This document shows positions 18,068-27,143 of a stretch of DNA of 64,000 bases, one piece after another. Source of the DNA: Rickettsiales bacterium (GTDB lineage Bacteria; Pseudomonadota; Alphaproteobacteria; Rickettsiales; UBA998). The first letter of the stretch is position 1; every line of letters starts with the position of its first letter. Made by a program: the position numbers and the translations under genes. The notes below the pieces were generated by a model. It did no database searches. It saw only the letters and a program-made list of their open reading frames with translations, and had not been told where the DNA came from. The DNA is taken from NCBI GenBank assembly GCA_965248995.1, contig CBDFKY010000004.1, forward strand, positions 169,390 through 233,389, given 5' to 3'.

Positions 18068-19924
18068 GTGAAAAAGGAAATGGCTGAACGTTTAATACTG
18101 AATCTGGAAAACGTGGATCTCACTTTCGGCGGAAAACCTTTGTTTGAAGGGTTGAGTATGCAGGTGGTGGAAGGGGATAAAATTTGTCTCGTCGGAAAAA
18201 ACGGGGCGGGTAAAACCACGTTGATGCGCCTGATGATGGGAGAAATCGAGCCGGACGCCGGTAAGCGGTTCTGTCTGACGGGCCTTACCATCGGATATCT
18301 GGCCCAGACCGTGCCCTGTAACCCGGGCGATTCTGTGCATCAGTTCGTCATGTCGGGGTTACCGCCCGAACAGCGGAGCGAGGAACAGCATCATCTCGTG
18401 GATATGGTGATTGCCCCGCTGGATCTGGCGTCGGACGCGTTGATGGGAACCCTGTCGGGTGGGCAGTTGCGGCGTGCGGCGCTGGCCCAGGCATTGATCA
18501 CCGCGCCGGACATCCTCATGCTGGACGAGCCGACCAACCATCTCGATCTCGGTGCGATCGAATGGCTGGAGCAATATCTTGCCGCATACCGCGGCGCCCT
18601 GATCTGCGTCAGCCATGACCGGGCGTTCTTATCGGCGATTTCGCGTAAAGTGTTCTGGATCGACCGGGGGGCGATTCGTACCTGCCCGCAGGGGTACCGC
18701 CATTTCGAAGCGTGGGCGGAAGAAATGATCGAGCAGGAGGCGCGGGAACTGCATAACATGCAGCGCCGGCTCGCCGCCGAGGTGGACTGGACGCAGGGCG
18801 GCGTTTCCGGCAGGCGCAAGCGGAACGTGCGCCGCCTCAATGAACTGCACCGGCTGCGGGATAAGCTGAAATCCGACAAGACGGCGCATAAACAACGTCT
18901 GCAGGCGATCGAGGTGGAAAGCCTGACGCCCGCGCAGGCCTCCAAAATCATCGTCGAGTTCAAGCACGTCAGCAAATCCTTCACCCATGAGGATCGTGTC
19001 ACGCCTATTTTGAAAGATTTCAACCTGCGCATAGCGCGCGGTGACCGTATCGGGATCCTGGGTAAAAACGGTTCGGGGAAATCGACGTTTATCAAGCTGC
19101 TGGTAGGAGAGCTGGAGCCGGATGAAGGGCGGGTGGCACGGGGTAAAACCATTGCGGTGTCTTATTTCGATCAGAACCGCAGCGAACTGAATCCCAATAA
19201 GACATTGTGGGAAACCTTATGTCCGGACGGGGGGGATTACGTTTCCATCGGCGGGTCACAGGAAAAGTTCAAGCATGTGTGCGGCTATCTGAAAGATTTT
19301 CTCTTCGACCCCAAAGCGGCGCGTGACCGGGTTTCCATTTTGTCCGGCGGGCAGCAGAACCGACTGATGCTGGCCAAACTGCTGACCAATCCGGGGAACG
19401 TGCTGATCCTGGATGAACCGACCAACGATCTGGATATGGATACATTGGATATGCTGCAGGAGATCGTCAGCGATTATCAGGGAACCCTGCTGATCGTCAG
19501 CCATGACCGCGATTTTCTGGATCGTACCGTGACCGAAATTCTGGCGTTTGAAGGGGAGGGCGTGGTGGAAAGCCATCTTGGCGGCTACAGCGATTATCAG
19601 GCGACGAAGAAAAAGCTCATTGGGCCAGCAGAGAAAAAAGCCGTGGCGGTGAAAAAAGAGCCGCCTGTCAAATTGCCTCAGAAATCGCCTTCCCAGCTTT
19701 CGGGAAAACAGCGTTTCGAACTGGAGAAACTGCCTGAAAAAATCACCGTCCTTGAAGAAGAGGTCGGCCATTTGCGTAATTTGCTGCTGGACGCGGAACT
19801 GTATACGCGTGACCCTGTATTGTTCGACCGTACCACGTCCCGGTTCATGCGGGCCCAGGAAGAATTAAGTTTTGCCGAGATGCGCTGGCTGGAGCTGGAA
19901 GAGCGCAGGCAGGCCGCACCCTAG
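18068..19924 (+). CDS. ABC-F family ATPase (Uup-like, two ABC domains plus a C-terminal coiled coil)
   Basis: 618-aa ORF with two Walker A motifs (GKNGAGKTT, GKNGSGKST), two signatures (LSGGQLRR, LSGGQQNR), two Walker B motifs (LMLDEPTNHLD, LILDEPTNDLD) and no TM domain. ATG 18080 is a possible alternative start. Confidence 0.88.
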   Translation: MKKEMAERLILNLENVDLTFGGKPLFEGLSMQVVEGDKICLVGKNGAGKTTLMRLMMGEIEPDAGKRFCLTGLTIGYLAQTVPCNPGDSVHQFVMSGLPPEQRSEEQHHLVDMVIAPLDLASDALMGTLSGGQLRRAALAQALITAPDILMLDEPTNHLDLGAIEWLEQYLAAYRGALICVSHDRAFLSAISRKVFWIDRGAIRTCPQGYRHFEAWAEEMIEQEARELHNMQRRLAAEVDWTQGGVSGRRKRNVRRLNELHRLRDKLKSDKTAHKQRLQAIEVESLTPAQASKIIVEFKHVSKSFTHEDRVTPILKDFNLRIARGDRIGILGKNGSGKSTFIKLLVGELEPDEGRVARGKTIAVSYFDQNRSELNPNKTLWETLCPDGGDYVSIGGSQEKFKHVCGYLKDFLFDPKAARDRVSILSGGQQNRLMLAKLLTNPGNVLILDEPTNDLDMDTLDMLQEIVSDYQGTLLIVSHDRDFLDRTVTEILAFEGEGVVESHLGGYSDYQATKKKLIGPAEKKAVAVKKEPPVKLPQKSPSQLSGKQRFELEKLPEKITVLEEEVGHLRNLLLDAELYTRDPVLFDRTTSRFMRAQEELSFAEMRWLELEERRQAAP

Positions 19925-20658
19925 ACCATCAGCAACCCGCCGTTGATATGTAGCGTCTGTCCTGTGATATAGCTGGCCTCGGCGCCGGCTAAAAACACGA
20001 CTCCTGCCGCGATGTCTTCCGGCAGCCCGAAACGGCCTGCGGGGATATTCGCGGTGATGCGTTCCGATTGTTTCTCGTCCAGCGCATCGGTCATCGGTGT
20101 CTTGATAAATCCGGGCGCCACGCAATTGACGGTAATGCCGCGGCTGGCCACTTCGGCGGCGAGCGCTTTGCTCATGCCGATCAATCCGGCCTTGGCCGCG
20201 CAATAGTTCGCCTGACCGGGATTGCCCATAATTCCGACCACGGAGGTGATATTGATGATACGGCCAGATCTGCGTTTCATCATGCCCTTGATGGCGGAAC
20301 GGCTGAGGCGGAATGCCGAATTCAGATTGATGTCCAGCACGTCCTGCCAGTCTTCGTCTTTCATACGCAGGGCCAAACTGTCACGGGTAATGCCCGCGTT
20401 ATTCACCAGAATATCCAGCCCGCCGAGCGCTTCTTCCGCTTTTGCGACCAGTCCGGCTACCGCTTCCTTATCGTCAAGGCGGCAGGGAAGGCATAAAGCG
20501 TTGTCCCCAAGCGTGGTGCGGAACGCTTCCAGTTTTTCCTTACTCGTCCCGGATAATGCTACCCGGGCACCTGCATCCAGCAACGCCCGCGCAATCGCTT
20601 GGCCGATACCACCCGTCGCACCCGTCACGAGTGCGCATTTTCCATCCAGTCTGCTCAT
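19921..20658 (-). CDS. fabG: 3-oxoacyl-[ACP] reductase
   Basis: 245-aa SDR with ALVTGATGGIGQAIA, NNAGIT, the catalytic YCAAKAG and PGFIKTPMT. Confidence 0.88.
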   Translation of the reverse strand: MSRLDGKCALVTGATGGIGQAIARALLDAGARVALSGTSKEKLEAFRTTLGDNALCLPCRLDDKEAVAGLVAKAEEALGGLDILVNNAGITRDSLALRMKDEDWQDVLDINLNSAFRLSRSAIKGMMKRRSGRIINITSVVGIMGNPGQANYCAAKAGLIGMSKALAAEVASRGITVNCVAPGFIKTPMTDALDEKQSERITANIPAGRFGLPEDIAAGVVFLAGAEASYITGQTLHINGGLLMV

Positions 20659-20780
20659 ACGCCTGTCATAGGCTAATTGCCGCGCACGTTCAATCCTTTG
20701 TTAAAGAGTTGCCGCTAGAATATTCTGCAAGATGCGACAGGTAGTGCGCATCGCCAGAGGCGAAGGTTTTTCTTTTTTCC

Positions 20781-22502
20781 ATGACAGCCCGTACCAATGT
20801 GCCAAGCGACCATTTTGCCGCATTCGCCTTCGCAGCGGCGGACGTATTATTCGAAGTTGACGCCGAAGGAATCATCCTATTCGCGGAAGGCGCGGTCAAC
20901 GGCTTGCTCGGAGAATCTTCGGCCGCGTTGATAGGTCGGCCGTTCACGGACATCGTCAGCAGGTCCCATCACCGCCGTCTCGGCAACCTGTTCGAAACCA
21001 TGAAACGGTGCGCACGGGTGGACGCCGTTTCACTCGCTCTACTTTCCCATACCCATGAAGCCGTTACTTTCAAGCTGTCCGGTATTTATATCGATCATAA
21101 AGGAAAGCGGTTTTATCTTTCGTTGCGGCTGGAGTCCGAAATACACACGGAAGCGGACTTGGATGTCCGCGATCCGGAAAGCGGGCTGCTCGATAAAGAA
21201 ACATTTGCTTTGCGGGCCGGCGACCATATTAGAAAAGCCGCGGAAAAAGGGGAGGCGGTTTCCGTCACTCTGCTCGATTTTCCGGGATTGAAAGAATTAC
21301 TGGATATGCTCTCCTCCCATCAATCCAAGCAGCTGGTTCATTCCATCGGGGACTATCTGAAAACGAAATCCATAGGCGGGGACGCGGCAGGCGTCATCGA
21401 CCGGGAATCCTATTCCATCATCACTCCCGCCAAAATCGATACGCAGACGCTGGTCAAAGATATTCAGGCGATCGCGCATCAGGAAATTTCACCGGACTTC
21501 ACCCTGAATATCCGTGCGGTGACGGTGGGGACGGAATCGGAGGAATATCCGCTGAACGCGGCGGATACCGCCAATGCGGTACTCTATACCATGAACCAGT
21601 TCGCTCGCCAGAAAGGAACGGACTTCACCCTGCGCTCATTGAACGAGAGCTATGAGGAAATGCTTGAGGTGACTCTTTCCCATGTTACCGCCTTTCGTAA
21701 GACATTGACCGGTGATGCGTTCACCATCGCGTTCCAGCCTATCGTCAATATCCGCAACGGCATGGTGCATCATCATGAATGCCTGGTGCGCCTGCACAGC
21801 TCGGAAATATTCAAGAATCCTTTTGAGTTCATTACGTTCGGGGAACAGGCGGGGATTATCAATGATTTTGACCTGATCATCGCCCAGAAAGTACTGGATA
21901 TCCTGCGAAGCCAGCGGAAAGCGGGTCATACCATTCGACTGGCCATCAATATTTCCGGTAAATCGCTCGGCTCCAGCCTGTTCATGGACACGTTTCTGAA
22001 TCTGCTGCGGGAAAATCAGGATATCCGCAGCGATCTGATCATCGAAATCACCGAATCCTACAAAATCGAAAACCTGAAACAGGTGGACGATTTCGTCCAG
22101 ACACTGCGGAGCGAAGGGTCACAGGTGTGCCTGGATGATTTCGGCGCCGGTGATTCCTCGTTCGATTATCTACGTTATCTGCTGGTCGATTTTATCAAGA
22201 TCGACGGCAGTTACGTGCGCGACGCGATGAAAACGGAGAGGGGACGGACACTGCTACGGGCCATGGCCAACTTATGCCGCAACCTCGATATCCAGGTAAT
22301 CGGTGAAATGGTGGAAAGTGAGAAGGAAGCAGAGTTTTTATGGGAATGCGGCGTGCATTACGGGCAGGGATATTTGTTCGGCAAGCCCGATACGGATATG
22401 GAGATTCTGCAATCACATGGAAAGATACTGCATACTTACGCCGGTATCTTCAATGCCCGTCGCTTCCATGCCGATGAAGAAGCGCAATATATCGGGGATT
22501 GA
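20781..22502 (+). CDS. c-di-GMP phosphodiesterase-type protein: PAS-like N-terminus, degenerate GGDEF domain, EAL domain
   Basis: 573-aa ORF with EAL-domain motifs FQPIV..HHHECLVRL, LAINISG, IIEITES, LDDFGAGDSSFDYL, IKIDGSYV, GEMVES and GQGYLFGKP. The central GGDEF-like domain lacks the GG(D/E)EF motif (IDRESYS). Confidence 0.8.
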   Translation: MTARTNVPSDHFAAFAFAAADVLFEVDAEGIILFAEGAVNGLLGESSAALIGRPFTDIVSRSHHRRLGNLFETMKRCARVDAVSLALLSHTHEAVTFKLSGIYIDHKGKRFYLSLRLESEIHTEADLDVRDPESGLLDKETFALRAGDHIRKAAEKGEAVSVTLLDFPGLKELLDMLSSHQSKQLVHSIGDYLKTKSIGGDAAGVIDRESYSIITPAKIDTQTLVKDIQAIAHQEISPDFTLNIRAVTVGTESEEYPLNAADTANAVLYTMNQFARQKGTDFTLRSLNESYEEMLEVTLSHVTAFRKTLTGDAFTIAFQPIVNIRNGMVHHHECLVRLHSSEIFKNPFEFITFGEQAGIINDFDLIIAQKVLDILRSQRKAGHTIRLAINISGKSLGSSLFMDTFLNLLRENQDIRSDLIIEITESYKIENLKQVDDFVQTLRSEGSQVCLDDFGAGDSSFDYLRYLLVDFIKIDGSYVRDAMKTERGRTLLRAMANLCRNLDIQVIGEMVESEKEAEFLWECGVHYGQGYLFGKPDTDMEILQSHGKILHTYAGIFNARRFHADEEAQYIGD

Positions 22503-22726
22503 ACTATTAAAAACGTGTGCGCTGCGCCACAAAACGATATCAATGGCATTTTGAATGGTAAAAATCATTTTACAATATGTTTTTTCCGTGCGTATCCTGA
22601 CGCTTGAAGGGTATACTGCCGATAAAGCCGGAAAATAAGGGGATCGCGCAAGTGATGGTTTTCTTTTCCGGTTCCATGATAACAGACGTTTTTTACCCGA
22701 TCATTACACACCTTAAGGAGAACGCC

Positions 22727-23029
22727 ATGAACAAGAACGAACTCGTTGCCGCAGTTGCAGAAGTTGCGGGTATGACGAAAACCGATGCTACCAAAGCGGT
22801 GGATGCATTCTGCGATGCAGTCACCTCCGCACTCAGTTCAGGCGATGAAGTACGCCTCGTCGGGTTTGGAACCTTTGCCGTCGCTGACCGCAAAGCAACG
22901 GAAGGCCGTAACCCACGTACCGGCGCGGTGATCAAGATCGCTGCTTCGAAACTTCCAAAATTCAAGCCCGGCAAGCAGCTGAAAGACGCCTGCAATACCG
23001 TTGGCGCCAAGAAGAAAAAAGCGGCGTAA
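22727..23029 (+). CDS. hup: DNA-binding protein HU
   Basis: ORF 22604..23029, with the start set at ATG 22727 behind AAGGAG. The sequence is MNKNELVAAVAEVAGMTKTDATKAVDAF..VRLVGFGTFAVADRKATEGRNPRTGAVIKIAASKLPKFKPGKQLKD, with a Lys-rich tail. Confidence 0.92.
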   Translation: MNKNELVAAVAEVAGMTKTDATKAVDAFCDAVTSALSSGDEVRLVGFGTFAVADRKATEGRNPRTGAVIKIAASKLPKFKPGKQLKDACNTVGAKKKKAA

Positions 23030-23045
23030 CCACTTTTGAGCTTGA

Positions 23046-23086
23046 CGGCGCAGGTGGCCGCGTGCTACCTGCGTCTTTCTGTTTTC
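23046..23086 (+). terminator. Putative terminator after hup
   Basis: Stem CGCAGGT (23049-55) / ACCTGCG (23067-73) followed by the T-rich TCTTTCTGTTTTC. The loop is rather long at 11 nt. Confidence 0.45.
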
Positions 23087-23118
23087 AGCTCCGGTTGACG
23101 CGAAACAGATGAGTTTAG

Positions 23119-23194
<76 letters not shown>

Positions 23195-23293
23195 TTTATT
23201 CTTTGAAAATGGTAGACAAATTATTTCAAGCAGTAAAGGCAATAACTTTCTGAATTCTCTTTGTCACACTCCTGTCACAACAGGGGATGTTGC

Positions 23294-23377
23294 ATGGCTA
23301 CGATACGAAAGAGAGGAGACAAATATACACATATGAAACCTGAGAATATCGTGGACAAGTTATACAGTGATCGATAA
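23294..23377 (+). pseudogene. Tyrosine-recombinase (phage integrase) N-terminal stub
   Basis: Manual translation gives MATIRKRGDKYTHMKPENIVDKLYSDR*. MATIRKRG.. is the stereotyped N-terminus of many tRNA-associated integrases. Only about 11 residues are informative and the rest of the gene is gone. Confidence 0.4.
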
Positions 23378-23398
23378 TCGCTATTATGACCGATGCGA

Positions 23399-23475
23399 GC
23401 ACTGTTTTCTTGATTTACATTCCCTGTTATGGAAATAATCAATGTTATTCGGAAAGCCGCGGTTTTGCTGGAATT
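23399..23475. repeat. Copy A of a 77-nt diverged direct repeat carrying three (C/A)TGTT(A/T)T motifs
   Basis: By hand count, a gapless alignment with 24118..24194 gives 59/77 identical positions. The motifs at 23402, 23424 and 23442 have spacings of 22 and 18 nt. Confidence 0.75.
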
Positions 23476-23483
23476 CTCTACAC

Positions 23484-23917
23484 TTAAGAGAGTAGCGTCA
23501 GCGTCTGCTCATCCTTTTGACCCGCGCACCATGTGATGAGAGCCTGCATGAAAATACTATGCTCATCTTTTGAGGCAAGGGCAAACAACGTCATCGACGA
23601 ACAGAACTTTCTATCGTCTGGCGAGCCGAACAACGTATGTAACGAATCTGCCGTGCTCGCCAGCACCGCCTCGGTGCAGCAGATGAGCCTTTCGCCAAAG
23701 ATGGGATGGGCTAGATAGGGGCTCGTGCTTCTGCAAGCGAACCGATGCCGTAGCGCTCCGCCAGGGCAGAATTTCCAAATCCGCGCATTTGCGGGAAGTT
23801 GAACTATATCCAGTGCGTTCGTTTTTTGCCGGCGGTTAGTTCAGCTAGCACCGTCTCAAAAACCGGTGCCTGCGCTTTTATAAACCGTTCCAAATTAAAT
23901 AAGTCTAAGGATTCCAT
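23484..23917 (-). pseudogene. DUF1810-family protein pseudogene (one in-frame TAG plus one frameshift)
   Basis: Manual minus-strand translation from ATG 23917 gives MESLDLFNLERFIKAQAPVFETVLAELTAGKKRTHWI*FNFPQMRGFGNSALAERYGIGSLAEARA. A frame change near 23715-23722 then continues as YLAHPIFGERLICCTEAVLASTADSLHTLFGSPDDRKFCSSMTLFA..DEQTLTLLS. This matches the DUF1810 pattern as I recall it (HWMWF.FPQ, EARAYL.HP.LG.RL, PDD.KF.SSMTLF). The TAG at 23804-23806 replaces the conserved Trp. Confidence 0.75.
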
Positions 23918-24117
23918 GCGTCCTCGTTTCACTGTTACTGTGAAAAATCGCTACGATTACAGCGCCAGCACCGACCGTACCTACCTGCGTAGCGATCAGA
24001 TTGATTTCGAGGTTTACCTGCAGGGCGATTACCATACTACTCTCACCAATCACGACATGATTTGGTAATGAAAACGCGTTATATGAAGTACAGGAATTGC
24101 TTTTAATACTAACAAAA

Positions 24118-24194
24118 ACGCTGTTATCCCGTTTTAAATTCTCTGTTATGGAAACAGGCGATGTTATACGGAAAGTTGCGGTCTTGTTGGGATT
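24118..24194. repeat. Copy B of the 77-nt diverged direct repeat
   Basis: CTGTTAT at 24121 and 24143 and ATGTTAT at 24161 have the same 22/18-nt spacing as copy A. A further CTGTTAC at 24221 lies inside a 9-bp inverted repeat, TTCCCTGTT (24217-25) / AACAGGGAA (24258-66). Confidence 0.75.
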
Positions 24195-24507
24195 GCGCGG
24201 TCGGATCAGTGAGGTTTTCCCTGTTACAATAGCAAAAACCCCATTATTTCCCTCTTAAACAGGGAATTACTTTGGAGACTGGTTTGCAGCAAACTCCATG
24301 CACCACCATCATTTTTTTATAAAATAAAGCGACAGGCTATCTGCGATTCATAGCAGTTTGATTACACTTAATTTACGATAGACTTCAAGTCTTAGCTTTT
24401 GCTAATGATATGTTTTTTTGGGGAAACCCCATATCTAATCAGACCTAGATTAAATATGTTGTTCCAGCATAAGTCGAACTTGTCGGGTCGCGAGGTGATA
24501 TCTTTCC

Positions 24508-25746
24508 TCAAGCCACTTCTTCTACCACTGCCGATTCCGTCCCTTCTTCATCATAACGCTCATACGCCGACGCTAATGTCGCCAGCCGTGCGATCAGGCC
24601 TAAGCCGGACTCCGCAGCAAATGCCGCTTCATCAAACGGCAGGAACCGCATTCCCCCCGCATTCAGGCTCGCTTCCTCGCCGCGGCCTTCGTTGATACGC
24701 CAGACCTTGCCGACCGGCTCGCCGCCCACCAGATAAACCACCGGTTCGGCGGCGTCGCCGTCGACCGCGTCCATGGTGGGGATGCCTTCCTGAATAATCA
24801 CTTCGGTGTTGGAGACGCCTTCCTTGATGACGTTCATTTTGTTGCGGATCTTCTTGTTGATGTCGTAAACCTCTTCCCCGCTGCGTACCGTCATGATGCC
24901 CATGCCGTAAGTGCCGCTGTCGGCTTTTACGTAAACATATGGGGTGCGGTCGATCCCGTACAGCGCGTATTTATGGCGGATGGAATGGAGGGTCTTGTCC
25001 ACGCGGAGCGCCACGCACTCCAGCCCCTGTTTTTCCTTGAAATTGATTTTTCCGCAGCGCTCCGTCACGGTCGAAAACAGCCAGCCGTCAAGATCGAACG
25101 CTTTTGCGAAATCATCGGCAATGCGCTGATAGCTTTCGAAATGGATGCTTTTGCGGCGTTGATGCCATCCGAGTGACGGGGAGGGAAGCACCGGCTGTTC
25201 TATATCCTGCAGCAATTCGGGTACCCCGGCGCTCAGGTCGTTGTTCAGCAGGACGGCGTCGGGTGTGAATCCGTCCGCGGTCGTGAGGCGTTGGTTACGA
25301 CGGGTCAGACTTTCAGCGGTAATGCTGTTGTCGCCTGTGCCTTCCATGAGGAAACCGTCTTTTTCCTGCAGGTCGAACCTGCCGACCCGCACTTCCATGC
25401 CCGCCTGTTCCCCCAGCGCGACCAGATGTGTGAGATTATCGACGTACGGACGGTTACGGTCATGGTTTTCGGAAATGATAAGCAGACGTGACGAGGGGAG
25501 GGTCAAGCTTTTTATCTGTTTCGCGAAAGCCGCCGCGGCACGCTTCAGCCCTTCCGGCGGTATATTGTTGAAGCCGGCGGGAAACAGGTTGGTATCGACC
25601 GGCGCTATCTTAAATCCGGCGTTCCGTATATCCACGGAGCTGTAGATCGGGATGACCTGGCCATGATACGCTTCCGCAAACCACGAGGTGACGTCCGCGG
25701 CCCGCTGGCTGCATAATATATTCAGGGTTGAAAGAAAAGAAGGCAT
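24508..25746 (-). CDS. gshA: Glutamate--cysteine ligase (the compact proteobacterial GshA type)
   Basis: ORF 24508..25830, with the start set at MPSFLSTLN (ATG 25746). It contains IPIYSSVDIRNAGFKIAPVDTNLFPAGFNN, PSLGWHQRRK and YVKADSGTYGMGIMTV. From memory this matches the roughly 430-aa glutamate-cysteine ligase family first described in Acidithiobacillus. Confidence 0.7.
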   Translation of the reverse strand: MPSFLSTLNILCSQRAADVTSWFAEAYHGQVIPIYSSVDIRNAGFKIAPVDTNLFPAGFNNIPPEGLKRAAAAFAKQIKSLTLPSSRLLIISENHDRNRPYVDNLTHLVALGEQAGMEVRVGRFDLQEKDGFLMEGTGDNSITAESLTRRNQRLTTADGFTPDAVLLNNDLSAGVPELLQDIEQPVLPSPSLGWHQRRKSIHFESYQRIADDFAKAFDLDGWLFSTVTERCGKINFKEKQGLECVALRVDKTLHSIRHKYALYGIDRTPYVYVKADSGTYGMGIMTVRSGEEVYDINKKIRNKMNVIKEGVSNTEVIIQEGIPTMDAVDGDAAEPVVYLVGGEPVGKVWRINEGRGEEASLNAGGMRFLPFDEAAFAAESGLGLIARLATLASAYERYDEEGTESAVVEEVA

Positions 25747-25826
25747 GGAGACGGCCTTTGGCACGATGAAAGTGAAACGAATATAGGCTATTGTTGCAGT
25801 GCAATCAAGATGTCCTCTTAAAGCGT

Positions 25827-27143
25827 TCAATCACGCTTTTTTTTCCAGCCTTTTTTAATTACCTGACGGGAACGGCCTATCGCCAATGCGCTTTCGCCGA
25901 CATTCTCGGTGATCACACTGCCAGCTGCCACCGTGACATGATCCCCTATCGTCACCGGAGCGACAAAGGATGTGTCCGACCCCACAAATACATGTTTGCC
26001 GATGATGGTTTTATGCTTATGCGTACCATCGTAATTGCAGGTAATGGTGCCGGCGCCGATGTTACTGCGCTCACCGACTTCCGCGTCACCCAGATAGCTC
26101 AGATGACCCGCTTTCACCCCTTCATGCAGCACCGTATTTTTGATTTCGACAAAATTGCCCACGGCGCTTTCAGGTTTCATGACCGTGCCTTTACGGAGGC
26201 GGGCGAACGGGCCTACCGTGGTGCGCAAACCGATTTCCGATCCTTCAATATGTGAGAAACTGCGGATTTCCGCATTATCCTCGATCGTTACGTCTGCACC
26301 TATCACGACGTAGGGATGGATCAGAACATCCCTTCCAAAACGGGTGTCCATCCCGAGAAACACCGTTTCCGGCGCGGTCATGGTTACGCCGGCGGCTAAA
26401 GCGGCACTTCGCAGCCTGCGCTGGATAATCGCTTCCGCAGCCGCAAGTTCGGCGCGCGTGTTGATACCGAGCGTTTCTTCTTCCTCCACCAGGATGTAGG
26501 CGCACCGCTTGCCTTTTTGAACCGCACCGGCAACCGTATCCGTCAGATAATATTCAGCCTTTGTATTATGGTTGCTTAATTCCGCCAGCAGTTCGGGCAA
26601 TACGGCGCTTTGAAATGCCATGACACCGGCATTGCATAAGGTAATTTCCCTTTCCTCGGCGGTGGCGTCGTTAAATTCCACGATTTTACTTACCTTACCA
26701 TCAGCATCCAGTTTAATGCGCCCATAATGCGCCGGATCCTCAGGGTTCATTCCGGTCAGCGCCACTTCATTTGCCTGTGCCGCCTGGATCAGCAGGCGGA
26801 ATGTAGCAGGCGTCATCAAAGGAGAATCGCCATATAGAATCATGACCGTTCCCTTGAATCCTTCCAGATGCGGTAAGGCGGCCCGTACTGCGTCGCCCGT
26901 TCCCGCCGCACAGGTTTGCACCGCATGCAAGAGATGCGGTTGCATGTTTCGCGCCTCCTTCACCACTGTGTCGGCATCCGGAGACGTGACCAGTATCACG
27001 CGTTCAGGTTCCAGTTGAAGGCTGACATGCAGTACGTGGCGCAATACCGTCCAGCCGGCCACTTTATGCAATACCTTGGAAAAAGCGGATTTCATGCGGC
27101 TGCTTTTACCGGCCGCAAGAATGACGATGGCGAGGGGTTTCAT
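25827..27143 (-). CDS. glmU: Bifunctional UDP-N-acetylglucosamine pyrophosphorylase / GlcN-1-P N-acetyltransferase
   Basis: 438-aa ORF with N-terminal IVILAAGKSSRMKS..KVLH, YGDSPL and C-terminal left-handed beta-helix hexapeptide repeats (IGDHVTVAAGSVIT etc.). Confidence 0.93.
   Translation of the reverse strand: MKPLAIVILAAGKSSRMKSAFSKVLHKVAGWTVLRHVLHVSLQLEPERVILVTSPDADTVVKEARNMQPHLLHAVQTCAAGTGDAVRAALPHLEGFKGTVMILYGDSPLMTPATFRLLIQAAQANEVALTGMNPEDPAHYGRIKLDADGKVSKIVEFNDATAEEREITLCNAGVMAFQSAVLPELLAELSNHNTKAEYYLTDTVAGAVQKGKRCAYILVEEEETLGINTRAELAAAEAIIQRRLRSAALAAGVTMTAPETVFLGMDTRFGRDVLIHPYVVIGADVTIEDNAEIRSFSHIEGSEIGLRTTVGPFARLRKGTVMKPESAVGNFVEIKNTVLHEGVKAGHLSYLGDAEVGERSNIGAGTITCNYDGTHKHKTIIGKHVFVGSDTSFVAPVTIGDHVTVAAGSVITENVGESALAIGRSRQVIKKGWKKKRD

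Larger units (their letters stand above)
23195..24507. mobile_element. Decayed integrative-element remnant inserted at the 3' side of tRNA-Val
   Basis: A 1.3-kb AT-rich, essentially non-coding stretch between tRNA-Val and gshA. It contains an integrase N-terminal stub, a DUF1810 pseudogene and two copies of a 77-nt repeat. Confidence 0.5.

Noticed and set aside
20781-22502. ECL instead of EAL in the phosphodiesterase motif as a sign of an inactive or novel domain
   Set aside because: The catalytic Glu and all other EAL-domain metal and substrate motifs (N, ExxE, DDFGAG, KID, E-G-VE, QGY) are present. A-to-C at the middle position is a conservative variant. The degenerate GGDEF plus active EAL layout is a well-known architecture.
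23916-24068. 50-codon ORF MRPRFTVTVKNRYDY... whose ATG overlaps the DUF1810 start on the other strand
   Set aside because: It is short, lies inside a decayed island, has no recognisable motif and no convincing RBS. It is probably non-coding.
23399-24194. Possibility that the repeated 77-nt units form a CRISPR array
   Set aside because: There are only two copies, at 77% identity and 642 nt apart, with a pseudogene between them. There is no regular repeat-spacer periodicity and no cas genes.
24472-24500. Candidate attR: TTGTCGGGTCGCGAGG resembling the tRNA-Val T-arm region ATGTCGGGAGTTCGAG
   Set aside because: Only about 8 contiguous matches, after which the similarity collapses. I cannot distinguish this from chance by eye, so I mention it only as something to test under the island finding.
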